In this document: positions 47,166 to 57,837 of the stretch, in pieces | Position numbering within the stretch: the first letter of the stretch is position 1 | Layout: each line of letters opens with the position of its first letter | Assembly: GCA_963668025.2 (NCBI GenBank) | Contig: CAXXTH010000017.1 | Coordinates: forward strand, 672,001-736,000 | Length of the DNA stretch: 64,000 bases | Direction: 5' to 3' | DNA from: Candidatus Hydrogenedentota bacterium | Lineage (GTDB): Bacteria > Hydrogenedentota > Hydrogenedentia > Hydrogenedentales > SLHB01 | Translations under genes and position numbers: made by a program | The notes under the pieces: model-generated | Database searches by the model: none | What the model was told of the DNA's origin: nothing | Seen by the model: only the letters and a program-made list of their open reading frames with translations

Positions 47166-47192
47166 TTCTGGCATATCGGTGTTTGAGTTTGC

Positions 47193-48617
47193 TTAGATAT
47201 CGTAATACAGCATGAACTCATACGGATGGGGCCGGATCGCAACTTGCTCGACTTCTTCTTTGGTCTTGTACTCGATCCAGGTGTCCAGCACGTCTTTCGT
47301 GAACACATCGCCTTTGAGCAGGTAATCGTGGTCGTTTTCCAGATTCTTCAAGGCTTCCGCAAGGCTGCCCGGAGTTTGTTCGATGGTGGCTTTGATCTCG
47401 GGGGGCAAATCGTAGAGATTCTTGTCCATGGGCTCGCCGGGATCAATTTTGTTCTGGATGCCATCAAGGCCCGCCATCAACATGGCCGAGAAGGCGAGAT
47501 ACGGATTGCAGCTCGGATCCGGCACGCGGAATTCAACACGCTTGGCTTTCGGGCTGGGTGAATACATCGGGATGCGGCAGCACGCGCTGCGGTTGCGGCT
47601 GGAATACGCCAAGTTCACCGGGGCTTCATAACCCGGCACGAGGCGCTTGTAGGAGTTGGTCGTGGGGTTCGTGAAGGCCACGAGGGACTTGGCGTGTTTG
47701 AGCAAGCCGCCGATGTACCAAATGGCTTCCTGGCTCAGACCGGCGTATTTGTCGCCCGCGAAGAGCGGCTTGCCGCTCTTCCACAAGCTCTGGTGGCAAT
47801 GCATGCCGGAACCGTTATCCTGGAAGAGGGGCTTGGGCATGAAGGTGACGGTCTTGCCAGCGGCCTTGGCGGTGTTTTTGATGATATATTTGTACAGGGT
47901 GAGCTGGTCGGCCATCTTGGTCATGGGCGAAAAGCGCAGGTCGATCTCCGCCTGGCCTGCCGTGGCCACTTCATGGTGGTGGCACTCGACATCCAGCCCG
48001 CACTCGAGCATGGTGGCGACCATCTTGCTGCGGAGATTCTGTTGCGAATCCGCAGGAGGAACGGGGAAATAGCCTTCCTTGAAGCGAAGCTTGTAACCCA
48101 GGTTGGGCATTTCGTCGCGGCCGCTGTTCCAGATGCCTTCCACGCTGTCTACTTCGTAGTAGCCGCTATAGGGAGTCTGGTCATACCGCACGTCATCAAA
48201 GATGAAGAATTCCGCTTCCGGCCCGAAATAACACAGGTCGGCGATCCCGGTCGAGATCAGGTAATTTTCCGCTTTTTGCGAGATATTCCGAGGGCAGCGC
48301 GAATAACGCTCCTTGGTGATGGGGTCGAGAATGTTCGAATACAGAATCATGGTGGGGATGTCCGTGAACGGATCGAGCGTAGCCGTTGTCGGGTCGGGCA
48401 TGACTAGCATGTCGCTTTCATTGATGGCCTGCCAGCCACGCATGCTGGAGCCGTCAAAGCCCAGTCCGTCTTCGAACATGTCTTCCGACAATTCCGATAC
48501 GGGCACCGTGAAGTGCTGCATCAAGCCGGGGAAGTCCATGAACCGGAAGTCCACGAACTGAACCGCATGTTCTTTAGCGAATTGAACGACGTCTTTTGGG
48601 GTGAAATCCTTGTGCAT
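47193..48617 (-). CDS. glnA: Glutamine synthetase type I (GSI-beta)
   Basis: FDGSS, HHEVA, FMPKP...[21 protein letters not shown], adenylylation site DKNLYDLP. Confidence 0.98.
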   Translation of the reverse strand: MHKDFTPKDVVQFAKEHAVQFVDFRFMDFPGLMQHFTVPVSELSEDMFEDGLGFDGSSMRGWQAINESDMLVMPDPTTATLDPFTDIPTMILYSNILDPITKERYSRCPRNISQKAENYLISTGIADLCYFGPEAEFFIFDDVRYDQTPYSGYYEVDSVEGIWNSGRDEMPNLGYKLRFKEGYFPVPPADSQQNLRSKMVATMLECGLDVECHHHEVATAGQAEIDLRFSPMTKMADQLTLYKYIIKNTAKAAGKTVTFMPKPLFQDNGSGMHCHQSLWKSGKPLFAGDKYAGLSQEAIWYIGGLLKHAKSLVAFTNPTTNSYKRLVPGYEAPVNLAYSSRNRSACCRIPMYSPSPKAKRVEFRVPDPSCNPYLAFSAMLMAGLDGIQNKIDPGEPMDKNLYDLPPEIKATIEQTPGSLAEALKNLENDHDYLLKGDVFTKDVLDTWIEYKTKEEVEQVAIRPHPYEFMLYYDI

Positions 48618-48759
48618 TGCAACCTCCGTGCCTCACGCAGTCTTCGTGTCGTATATGTGCCGCGGAAACAACCCGCACTGGCGGGCCGCCCGCATGCTCC
48701 CAACCGGCTGTGGCGCATCACATTGCGCCGCGAAACCACCGGCATGCTGTAACTTGGCC

Positions 48760-49223
<464 letters not shown>

Positions 49224-49431
49224 ATAAAATCCCCCACACCGGCGGAAGACCCTCATCGGACGTAACACCTTGTCTTAGAGCATATTATGCGCCACGGCAC
49301 TTTTTCGGGCGCATGACTTTCCTTTTATACAAACAACATTTGTGTGTATTTTATTTTTCGATTCCTACCAAATGGTATCCCGTGGATGGAGCTGGGCTTA
49401 TCCCATCACGAGCGCCACGTTATGAAAATCG

Positions 49432-49605
49432 GTAATACTTTAGCCGACTGAAGTAGCATCTTGTATTTGGCTGCTTTGTTTATTTCTTTTCTCCGGCCTT
49501 GAATTGAGTCGGTCGATACATGGAATATAATGTATCGGTCTCGCTGCGGCGCAATACACAAGGTAAAAAACCATCAGATACTGCTTCACTGGGCTAAAGT
49601 GTTAC
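49432..49605. mobile_element. MITE-like element, copy 2 (174 bp, ~30-bp imperfect TIRs)
   Basis: GTAATACTTTAGCCGACTGAAGTAGCATCT versus AGATACTGCTTCACTGGGCTAAAGTGTTAC; no coding capacity. Confidence 0.7.
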
Positions 49606-50121
49606 GAAAATTTTGTACAGCCAGGCGGCAGCGATACCTATCGCGCCCAATCGCCAAAACCACCGTATAAATGCCGCCGAATCAAATATTCGCCACCACC
49701 ATCCGGCCAGCGAAGAGGCGAAAAGCCCAGCCATGAAAAGAGCGGTTCCAAACGCCAGAAGCGCGCCTGCGGGCTGGGCGATGAAAGCGGCCCGCACTTG
49801 TCCGTGCGCCATGCAGGCAAAGGCGGTAGTCATGCCGCAAAACGGACAGGGAATCCCCAGCAGCGATTGTGTCATGCAGGGAGGCAGGAAGAACTGCTCA
49901 TGCGTGCCATATCCCCGAGGATCCGGATGAAGCCAGTATGCGGCGATGAAAAGAACTAGCAACCCACACGCCGCACCGAGCGCCATACGCCGCTCGATTG
50001 TATCCAAGCGCCGCCAGGCGCGATGGGAGATTGGAAGCCTGGCTTCCTTGCTTGCGGGTGGGCATGCCGGCATTTTAGCTATTCCTTCCCCCTTGGGGAG
50101 GCGGCTGTTCGGCGTTACCAC
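49594..50121 (-). CDS. DUF2752-like membrane protein
   Basis: GTHEQ..LPPC......GIPCPFCGMTTAF motif; hydrophobic segments; start uncertain. Confidence 0.8.
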   Translation of the reverse strand: MVTPNSRLPKGEGIAKMPACPPASKEARLPISHRAWRRLDTIERRMALGAACGLLVLFIAAYWLHPDPRGYGTHEQFFLPPCMTQSLLGIPCPFCGMTTAFACMAHGQVRAAFIAQPAGALLAFGTALFMAGLFASSLAGWWWRIFDSAAFIRWFWRLGAIGIAAAWLYKIFVTL

Positions 50122-51176
50122 TTGGCGTTACGCCGGGCTTGTACAATCGCCGTGCGCGTATGCAGATCCACGTCACTCAGGAAATGGAATCGCGGCGCTA
50201 AACCTTCCCGCCCGATGCCTGCATCGCCCCGCGCGCAATCCTCCCGCACGATAGTGAATCCCGTCTGCCGCATGAGGCGGATATGGACGCTATGCGGCTG
50301 GCGGTTCAGCAAATACGGCCGGTTGCCCGAGATGCAGCGCCACACCAGGTCGCCATATCCCCAGTGTCCATTCCAGGTATTGGCGAGATTATGGCATTTA
50401 TAGTCAATATGGTGTGAGGCGATGCATCCCGGCTTGAGCGCCCGGTGGATGGTTTCATATGCATGCGGCAATTCGGTCACATGCTCCATGACGTTATGCG
50501 AGAATAAGAATTCCACTTGGCCTTCTGGGAAATCCTTCGTGTCATACCATGGCGCGCAATAGCGCACCATGATGCCGTCCGCAGGCTTGCCCGGATTCGA
50601 CAACGCGGCGCGAATGGCTTGCAGGCGGGCGGGCGCCAGCGCCGCAACCAAATTCGGCTCCGCGAGGATGGAGCTAGGAAATGCATACCCAGGCAGCTCG
50701 GGCAGCAAAATGGGATCTTGAAATTCGTTGGGAATCGGAGCGCGCGCATCGAAAAGGGCATGAATTTCGTCGAAATAGGCGAGGTTGCGTTCCGTATCGC
50801 TGAAGGCTACGGCGTCAAAGGCATGGTATTCGCGCGCGCCGGAAAACAACGCCGCGATGCCAGCCCCCAATGAATCGCCCGGCCCGAGTTCAGCGACAAC
50901 CGAGGGCATCGCCTGGAGCCCGCGTTCATGGGCAAGCGTTAGGTGGCGCATCCATATGGAATAGCATCGCCGGGCTGAGGTGCGCCCTCCTGCGGTATTG
51001 CGTTTAAACCAGGGCTTGATGATGCGCCATCCTGGCAAAAATGTGGCAAGTCCTGTGGCGCAACGGTATAGAGTCAGCCGATCCACGCAGTGCCGCCTTT
51101 CTGGTCCGGAAGGGATTGAATTCATTCCATGCACGGGCGGGATCGTATGCCATACGCCACGTGGAATCAACCGCAT
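50115..51176 (-). CDS. Class I SAM-dependent methyltransferase-like protein
   Basis: VAELGPGDSLG motif I; FSHNVMEHV; RALKPG. Confidence 0.75.
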   Translation of the reverse strand: MRLIPRGVWHTIPPVHGMNSIPSGPERRHCVDRLTLYRCATGLATFLPGWRIIKPWFKRNTAGGRTSARRCYSIWMRHLTLAHERGLQAMPSVVAELGPGDSLGAGIAALFSGAREYHAFDAVAFSDTERNLAYFDEIHALFDARAPIPNEFQDPILLPELPGYAFPSSILAEPNLVAALAPARLQAIRAALSNPGKPADGIMVRYCAPWYDTKDFPEGQVEFLFSHNVMEHVTELPHAYETIHRALKPGCIASHHIDYKCHNLANTWNGHWGYGDLVWRCISGNRPYLLNRQPHSVHIRLMRQTGFTIVREDCARGDAGIGREGLAPRFHFLSDVDLHTRTAIVQARRNAKW

Positions 51177-51638
51177 GCCCCGTGCGTTGAATGAAATTCA
51201 ACGGTTCATTCCTGAACGAGGGGATTTCCAAAAATGGAGCAAGTAAGCCAAAACAAGAAAATCCCAGTGAAATACGCCGAAGAGAACAAGAAAGCGGCAG
51301 CAATGGCGTGAAAAGAATGACTTTTGGGATGCCCATACAGGGCATTTCGGGGGAGCATTTGTACCCAGGGGCTCCCTTGCCCTTCGGGCGGCGGTCGGCC
51401 CTGGGCTGTGCTGGGATGTCCCTTCGGGACACGCTTACATTACCGGCATGATTCAACATATATACCCGCATGATTTGGCATACACGAAAATGAAATGAAC
51501 CAGTAGTAGGGGCAAGAAACCAACAGAAAATACTGCATTGACAGTTTTCCAGAGGAGAAGTAGAATTAAGCAGTATTCTTATTTTATCCGAATGGGGTGG
51601 CTTGTCGATTTCTTGAACTGGAGCAAGGAGGACGGGGC

Positions 51639-54230
51639 ATGTACAGGCTGCTTGCGTCTGGATGGTTGATATTGGCGGTTTCGTTCGGCGCGTACGCGGT
51701 GACGGGGAGCGGTGATTCGGGCACAAGTCCGCTGGAGACCGTGCCGCCGATGTTGCAATCCGTTTCGGCGGTGACGGAGCGGAGCTTATCCGTGACGTTC
51801 AGTGAGGCGATGGGAACGCCAAGCATCACCACGCCGGGGAATTACGCGGTATTCGGTGACGGCTCAGGCAGTCTTTCACCGAATCCGGACAGCATCTCCG
51901 GCAACGGTCCGTATGTGTTGACTTGGTCCGCAGGCGAAATGCGCCATGGAGAGACCGTCACCCTTGTCGCGGACGTGCAGGACGCGGTGGGCAATCCCAT
52001 CGATCCCTTCAATAGCAGCGCCTCGACTTCCGGAATCGGCGTGGCTCCGGTCTTTGATAACTTGGTGGTAAATCCAGCCCAAGCTTCCATCGGCGGTGTT
52101 GTCGACATTTCATTCTCCTCCTCCGAAGCGCTAAACGGTAATCCGAACGTTACCGTGAACGGCCATGCGGCGACGCTCGCCAACACCGGTAAATCTGTTA
52201 ATTTCACCTATGAGTACACGGTCCAGGAAGAGGACGCACCCGGCGCAGCCAGTATTCTTATCAGCGGAATTGACGAGGCGGGCAACTCCGGTTCTCTGGA
52301 AAACACCACTCTTCTCGATATTGTGGAAGGAGAACTAGAGCTACCCTTACGCTGGTTTCCATCCGCCCTTGTGCTGGCGTTAGCAATCATCGCCGCACTA
52401 GCATTCCGCCGGCGCAAAGGGGTGGGCCTGCTGGTTCTGCTCGTTCTTGCCGCGCCTATGGCGCTGGGCCAAGCGCCGACGGTCTCCAACGTGGAATTCG
52501 TGCAGCAGGACAATGGCGAAGGGGGTACGGAAGTCGTTATCACCTATGATCTCGACGCGCCAAATGCTCCTTGTGATATCACCGTTGCCCTGTCGAAAGA
52601 CGGCGGCGCGGACGGCTTCATTTATCCAGTAACGAGCGTTACGGGCGGCCTTGCCGGTGTGGCCACTGGCGCGGGCCACACCATTACTTGGGATATCGCC
52701 AGCGATTACTCCAACGAGGAAATTCCGAATGCGCGGATTCGCGTGACAGCGGATGACGGACTCGAGCTCTACACTCTTGTCTATACCGCAAGCGCCGGAG
52801 GAAGCATCCGGGGCGATTCGCCGCAATATGTGGCGGAGGGGAACGACGGCGCGGAAGTGACCGCCGAGGCGGATGCAAACTACCACTTCGTAAGCTGGTC
52901 GGACGGCATATTGACGGCGACGCGGCAGGATTTGGACGTGGACGCGGATATCAACGTAACGGCCAACTTCGTATCCGATTTTCTGACGGAAATCACATCG
53001 TTTGCAATCAACACCGGCTCGGTAACGACAATGGCGCTGGGGGTGACGCTCGACAACACGGCGACGAACAGCCCAACCGAGTACATGGCGAGCGAATCTT
53101 CCGACTTCAGCGATGCGTCGTGGACCGCTTACAATACCGCGCCGTCATTCGCACTTTCTTTCGGCGTCGGAACGCGCACCGTGTACTTCAAGGTGCGCAA
53201 TGCGAGCAGCGAATCGGGGGTAATAAGCGACACTATCTTTATTGTACCAGACACGATCTCGATATCAGCGGGAACGTTCGAGATGGGGCGGACCTTGCTG
53301 GGCGACGATGCGAACGGCTACAGCGATGAATTACCGGTGCATTCGGTCGAGTTGTCCGCATACCAGATCGGCAGATATGAAGTGACGAGCAAGGAGTATT
53401 GCGACGTATTGGGCTGGGCGCTCGCGCGGGGCTACCTGATGGACAGCGAGGGCGGGGAATGGCTGAATTCTGGGGACAGCATTTATGCGGGCGGCCCTTC
53501 GGCGCGATATCGAATCGTCGTGAATGATTCAACGGATTGTAATATCCAGTATGCGGGAGAAGGCGTGTTCACGCCCAGGAAGAGGGTGGGTTTGCCGGGC
53601 ACGACCAAATACTTGATGTCCACACATCCGATGGACATGGAATCGTGGTATGGTGCGGTGGCGTTCTGTAACTGGCTCAGCGAGATGCAAGGCTTGACAC
53701 CCTGTTACGACATGACGGCTGAAAACTGGCCGTTGATAGTAGCGCCGCCCACATCGGGCGGATATCGATTACCCACCGAAGCGGAATGGGAACGGGCAGC
53801 CGCTTGGGACGGCGAGAAACACTGGATTTATGGCTTCACGAGCGATTTGATCTCCTCAAATTGCTGCAACTACAAAGGTTCGACTTGGACGAATCCGTTG
53901 GGCCTGACCACGACACCCTACACCTCGCCGCGCGCCTGGTTTGACGGCGTGAACGTCAGCCCGAACGGGAACGTGACGACAGTGAACAGCGCCAGCCCGG
54001 TGGGCGCTTACGATATGAGTGGGAACGTATGGGAATGGTGTCATGACTGGTACTCGTCGACGTATTACCGTGGCGGCTCGATGACGAATCCAACAGGACC
54101 AGATTCCGGTGAGCAACGCGTAATACGGGGCGGCGGTTGGTACGACGGCAGTTGCCGTTCCGCGCACCGCGGCATCACCAGCCCATCGAGCACGTTCAAC
54201 AGCATTGGCTTCCGCATCGCCAAGTCTTAA
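51639..54230 (+). CDS. Exported multidomain protein: Ig-like domains, internal TM pair, C-terminal FGE-sulfatase/CLec domain
   Basis: Signal peptide AYA; GTFEMG, YEVT, YRLPTEAEWERAA, YDMSGNVWEWC, RGGGW, IGFR motifs; AAGGAGG RBS. Confidence 0.85.
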   Translation: MYRLLASGWLILAVSFGAYAVTGSGDSGTSPLETVPPMLQSVSAVTERSLSVTFSEAMGTPSITTPGNYAVFGDGSGSLSPNPDSISGNGPYVLTWSAGEMRHGETVTLVADVQDAVGNPIDPFNSSASTSGIGVAPVFDNLVVNPAQASIGGVVDISFSSSEALNGNPNVTVNGHAATLANTGKSVNFTYEYTVQEEDAPGAASILISGIDEAGNSGSLENTTLLDIVEGELELPLRWFPSALVLALAIIAALAFRRRKGVGLLVLLVLAAPMALGQAPTVSNVEFVQQDNGEGGTEVVITYDLDAPNAPCDITVALSKDGGADGFIYPVTSVTGGLAGVATGAGHTITWDIASDYSNEEIPNARIRVTADDGLELYTLVYTASAGGSIRGDSPQYVAEGNDGAEVTAEADANYHFVSWSDGILTATRQDLDVDADINVTANFVSDFLTEITSFAINTGSVTTMALGVTLDNTATNSPTEYMASESSDFSDASWTAYNTAPSFALSFGVGTRTVYFKVRNASSESGVISDTIFIVPDTISISAGTFEMGRTLLGDDANGYSDELPVHSVELSAYQIGRYEVTSKEYCDVLGWALARGYLMDSEGGEWLNSGDSIYAGGPSARYRIVVNDSTDCNIQYAGEGVFTPRKRVGLPGTTKYLMSTHPMDMESWYGAVAFCNWLSEMQGLTPCYDMTAENWPLIVAPPTSGGYRLPTEAEWERAAAWDGEKHWIYGFTSDLISSNCCNYKGSTWTNPLGLTTTPYTSPRAWFDGVNVSPNGNVTTVNSASPVGAYDMSGNVWEWCHDWYSSTYYRGGSMTNPTGPDSGEQRVIRGGGWYDGSCRSAHRGITSPSSTFNSIGFRIAKS

Positions 54231-54265
54231 TATATGCCGTCTGCATTGCTGGAACGGTTGCGTGT

Positions 54266-55636
54266 TCAATTACGCTCGGGGGCCGGGATCACGCCCGCCA
54301 TGCGCCCCATCCAATACGGGAGAAACACATCGATACCGGGATACTCGAAGGGGATATCGCTGTTCCCATACAATATGCATGGGCTGCGCTGCCAGAGAAA
54401 ATCAGAAGGCACGCGCTCGCTGGGCAACAACGCGAATCGTGCGAAGCGTCCATGCAAATACAGATGGTCCGGATCGCCCCGGTGATCCACCCAATGCCTA
54501 AATTTGGGTGGTTCGGGATAATCCAGCAGCAAACCCTGCACGCATGCACGCGCCGCCAGGCTGTTCGTGCAGCCCGTAGCGGCTAGGTATAGGGCAGCAA
54601 AATGGGCATTTAGGTGGGGCTCGGTCTTGCGCTGCATACGGTCGAATGTACGGCGCAGCAGCGCTTTACGCTCGGGGGCATCTTCCAGCGCGTACATGCT
54701 GAACACCCGGGCGTACGATAGGTTGTTGGCGTAGTATTGGAAATCCCACCGGCCATGGAGGAGAAACCAGCTATTCGGCAGCCAGCGGCAATCCCGCACG
54801 TAGGATGCTTCGAACGAGGCGTATTTCACCGGATTCACGGAAAGGCATAGGCGGCGCACGGCCATGCGGAGCGTACGCCCGCAGCGCCAAGCGCTTCCTT
54901 TGCCATCCATGATGCGGAAGCCATCGGCCAATAACCGGTCAGCGATGCATTCAGCAAGCAAGCGGACTCGTTCACGCACTTCAGCATCGTCCACATACGC
55001 CCATGCGGCAGCCAAACCAAAAACGACACCGGAATAGGTGTCGGGCGAACTGCCGCCCAGCCAGACCCAATCGGCATATTTGCCTTCGCCCCGGTGTGCG
55101 CGGCGGCCAAAACCAGGCCGTTTGGGGTCCGCGCCGTAAAATTGCACATATGTCGCATGATAGGCGGGATCATCAGCCAGCCCCGCATACCGGGGCATGT
55201 ATCCCACCCGCCCGCTCACTCGGGACAAGTCATCAAAGGCGTCCAGCACATCGAATATGCGTCCGCGAACAGCGGATTCACCCGTGGCGCGGTATTGGCA
55301 CGCCAGGGCGGCAAGGTAATGGCCCGTCCATAGGGCGCTATCGGCGAGGCCCGATAAGCGCCGTATACTCGAGCGTTCATAATCATTCCACCAGACATCG
55401 ACGGCCATGCCTTGCGGCATATGATGCCGCTCGAGTAAATCCTGGTACGCCGCTGCTTTCTGGTATATGGCATCCGCTTGCGCGGGGGTGATTTCCGGCC
55501 AGTCGAACGGCGCACGGCGGGCGATGGCGCGCAGTGCGTCACGCTGTGGAGCGGAAAGCCCGGTTTCGGCATTTGATGTGGCGCAAAACACCAGCGCCAG
55601 ACATACCAGCGGCATTCGGAGATGGAAATTAATCAT
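54266..55636 (-). CDS. Secreted hypothetical protein (possible alpha/alpha-barrel enzyme)
   Basis: 456-aa ORF with signal peptide; DSALWTGHYLA motif; overlaps the end of the upstream permease gene. Confidence 0.65.
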   Translation of the reverse strand: MINFHLRMPLVCLALVFCATSNAETGLSAPQRDALRAIARRAPFDWPEITPAQADAIYQKAAAYQDLLERHHMPQGMAVDVWWNDYERSSIRRLSGLADSALWTGHYLAALACQYRATGESAVRGRIFDVLDAFDDLSRVSGRVGYMPRYAGLADDPAYHATYVQFYGADPKRPGFGRRAHRGEGKYADWVWLGGSSPDTYSGVVFGLAAAWAYVDDAEVRERVRLLAECIADRLLADGFRIMDGKGSAWRCGRTLRMAVRRLCLSVNPVKYASFEASYVRDCRWLPNSWFLLHGRWDFQYYANNLSYARVFSMYALEDAPERKALLRRTFDRMQRKTEPHLNAHFAALYLAATGCTNSLAARACVQGLLLDYPEPPKFRHWVDHRGDPDHLYLHGRFARFALLPSERVPSDFLWQRSPCILYGNSDIPFEYPGIDVFLPYWMGRMAGVIPAPERN

Positions 55637-56450
55637 GCATTTTCCTTGCTACAATAAATCCGCTCTTGAGCTGGTGCTTTGTATTGAAACATTGATGGAA
55701 GACCAGCAAGGCCATAAGCATGCAGCCCAGCGAGGTGGCGGCGGCTATCATGAACATCACGACAATCTGGTATTTGACCGCGACCAGGGGATCATCGCTG
55801 GCTAAAATCTGGCCAGTCATCATACCGGGCAGCGATACGATGCCGACAACCATCATCGAATTGATGATGGGCACCATGCCTTTCCGGACGCCATCCGCCA
55901 GCGGGCCGCGCGCCGCTTCCCACCGGGAGGCCCCGTGGGCCAGTTCCATCTCGACTTCCGCCCGCCGCTCGGCAAAAGACTCGAGAATCTGGTCGAGGCA
56001 AAGCGAGATGCCCGTAAGGCCATTGCCCAGAATCATGCCCAGGAGGGGAATGGCGTATTGCGGGCGATACCAAGGCTCGACGCGGATAATCGCGCCAGTC
56101 ACTAAAAAAGTGACGAAAAAACCGCTGGCCACGAGTGTGATGAACGACATCAAATGCACGCCAGGAAAAGTGCGGATTGAACGCCCGACGGCGGCTCGTC
56201 CGGCGATCACCACCATGGACGCCATGAGCAACAGCACCAGCAGCGGCGAATCGAGCGCGAATACGAACTGAAGCACATAACCGACGGCGAAGAGCTGGAT
56301 TACCGTGCGCACGGCGGCGATGGCCAGGCGGCGTTCGAGCCGGAGCCCCAGGCCCAGGCTAACCCCGCCCGCCATCAGAATCAGCGCCGCGGCAATGGAC
56401 ATATCCATGAGATCAAGAGGTATAACGCCGCTCGATACGGGCTCAGCCAT
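55629..56450 (-). CDS. fetB: ABC transporter permease, FetB/UPF0014 family
   Basis: RTVIQL..VGY, PQYAIPLLGMILGN, GIVSLPGMMTGQIL, AVKYQIV motifs. Confidence 0.88.
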   Translation of the reverse strand: MAEPVSSGVIPLDLMDMSIAAALILMAGGVSLGLGLRLERRLAIAAVRTVIQLFAVGYVLQFVFALDSPLLVLLLMASMVVIAGRAAVGRSIRTFPGVHLMSFITLVASGFFVTFLVTGAIIRVEPWYRPQYAIPLLGMILGNGLTGISLCLDQILESFAERRAEVEMELAHGASRWEAARGPLADGVRKGMVPIINSMMVVGIVSLPGMMTGQILASDDPLVAVKYQIVVMFMIAAATSLGCMLMALLVFHQCFNTKHQLKSGFIVARKMHD

Positions 56451-57123
56451 GGGCTTCTTCCTTCCCGGCAGGGGCTGCCGCATACGGCGCAAGGTCCAGC
56501 ACACGAGGCCCCCACCGTTCCGCCAGCGCCCGGTCATGCGTGGCGACAAGAACCGCCAAGCCATGCGTGGCGGCTTCCATTCGTAAAAAATCAGCCACTC
56601 GCTCGGCGGAGGCTTCATCCAACGCGCTGGTGGGCTCGTCAAGAAATAAGAGGCCGGGTTCGAGAAGCAGCGCGCGCGCGAGGCACACCCGCAATTGCTG
56701 GCCCACGGATAGGGAACGGGCGGCCTGCTCCATACGGTGCGCCCCCACGCCGAGGGCTTCCAGCACGGTTTTGGCTTTTTCTGGGTCGAATGCGGCGGCA
56801 GCGGTGCGATAGCGAAACGGGCGGGCCAGATTTTCCGCCACGGTCGTATCAAACACCACGGGGCGTTGTTCCACCAAGATGGCAGTGCGCCGGTATCGGG
56901 GCCAGCCCATCGCCTCAGGAAAGACGCCCTTGAATCGGAACATGCCCTCGGCAGGGTCAATTAGGCCCGACAAGGTGCGCAACAGGGTCGTTTTGCCGCA
57001 GCCGGACGGCCCCGCCAAGGCCATAATCTCGCCTGCTTCGAGGCGAAAATCGAGACCGTGCAGAAGCCGGACGCCGTTCGAGGCTACTGACAAGCCGATG
57101 ATTTCCAGGAGCGTTTCCGCCAT
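56443..57123 (-). CDS. ABC transporter ATP-binding protein (FetA-like)
   Basis: GPSGCGKT, LSVGQ, LDEPTSALD, ATHD; overlaps fetB. Confidence 0.88.
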   Translation of the reverse strand: MAETLLEIIGLSVASNGVRLLHGLDFRLEAGEIMALAGPSGCGKTTLLRTLSGLIDPAEGMFRFKGVFPEAMGWPRYRRTAILVEQRPVVFDTTVAENLARPFRYRTAAAAFDPEKAKTVLEALGVGAHRMEQAARSLSVGQQLRVCLARALLLEPGLLFLDEPTSALDEASAERVADFLRMEAATHGLAVLVATHDRALAERWGPRVLDLAPYAAAPAGKEEAHG

Positions 57124-57368
57124 GCCCACGCCTTTCTCATGCCGTATGCGAAGCGCATCACGACATGCGGTCCGCCGGCCCATTTAGTATGCCGGATTCC
57201 CTTCGAGAATTAACAGAAAGGAAAAGCCCGTTCTTCCACATATGGTTTCAGTTTCATACTGGAGGCACACACGTTGCGTTTTTGAAAAAGGAGAGGTAGT
57301 ATTGTTGTGAAAGGGTGGTCCCACCCGGAAATGATGCCCACGAAAAATAAGTGACCTCGAGGGATGCC

Positions 57369-57815
57369 ATGAAAACAGACAAACCGCAAGTGCTGGCGTC
57401 ATGCGCTCGATGCAACCGCTTATTTACTAGAATAAACTACGCGGTTTGTCCGACCTGCCAGGAAGTGGAACGGGCCGATTTTGATAAAATCAGGGACATC
57501 CTGGCGCAAAACCCGGGATTGACCTTGGAGCAGCTCGCGGAACAAGCGGGCGTGTCCGCAGCTTGCGTGATGCGCATGATAGAAACCGGCATCGCCCGCA
57601 TGGAAACGATCAACGAACTAGATCCCCCCATCTGCGGCATGTGCGGCGCACCGGCCATCAGTTATTCAAAGCGCATCTGCGAGTCGTGCCTAAACCGGCT
57701 CGACTCGCAGGTGGCTTCCATTTTATGTAACACCCGGCTGGGGAAAAAGAAACCATTCAAATCCACCATATCGGGCGTGCATGCGGCCGTACGGAAAAAA
57801 CGCAAGGGAGAGTAG
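57369..57815 (+). CDS. Zinc-ribbon/HTH protein, YvyF (flagellar operon protein)-like
   Basis: CARCNRLF......CPTC...E..DF.KIRD.L..NPG, second CxxC...CxxC cluster. Confidence 0.7.
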   Translation: MKTDKPQVLASCARCNRLFTRINYAVCPTCQEVERADFDKIRDILAQNPGLTLEQLAEQAGVSAACVMRMIETGIARMETINELDPPICGMCGAPAISYSKRICESCLNRLDSQVASILCNTRLGKKKPFKSTISGVHAAVRKKRKGE

Positions 57816-57837
57816 CATCTCCTCCCCAAGCGTTTCA

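Noticed and set aside
53260-54230. Active formylglycine-generating enzyme
   Set aside because: The catalytic Cys pair after RGGxW is absent; more likely a ligand-binding CLec-type domain.
56451-56960. Long N-terminal extension of the FetB ORF
   Set aside because: Overlaps the ABC ATPase in another frame; the real start is ATG 56450.
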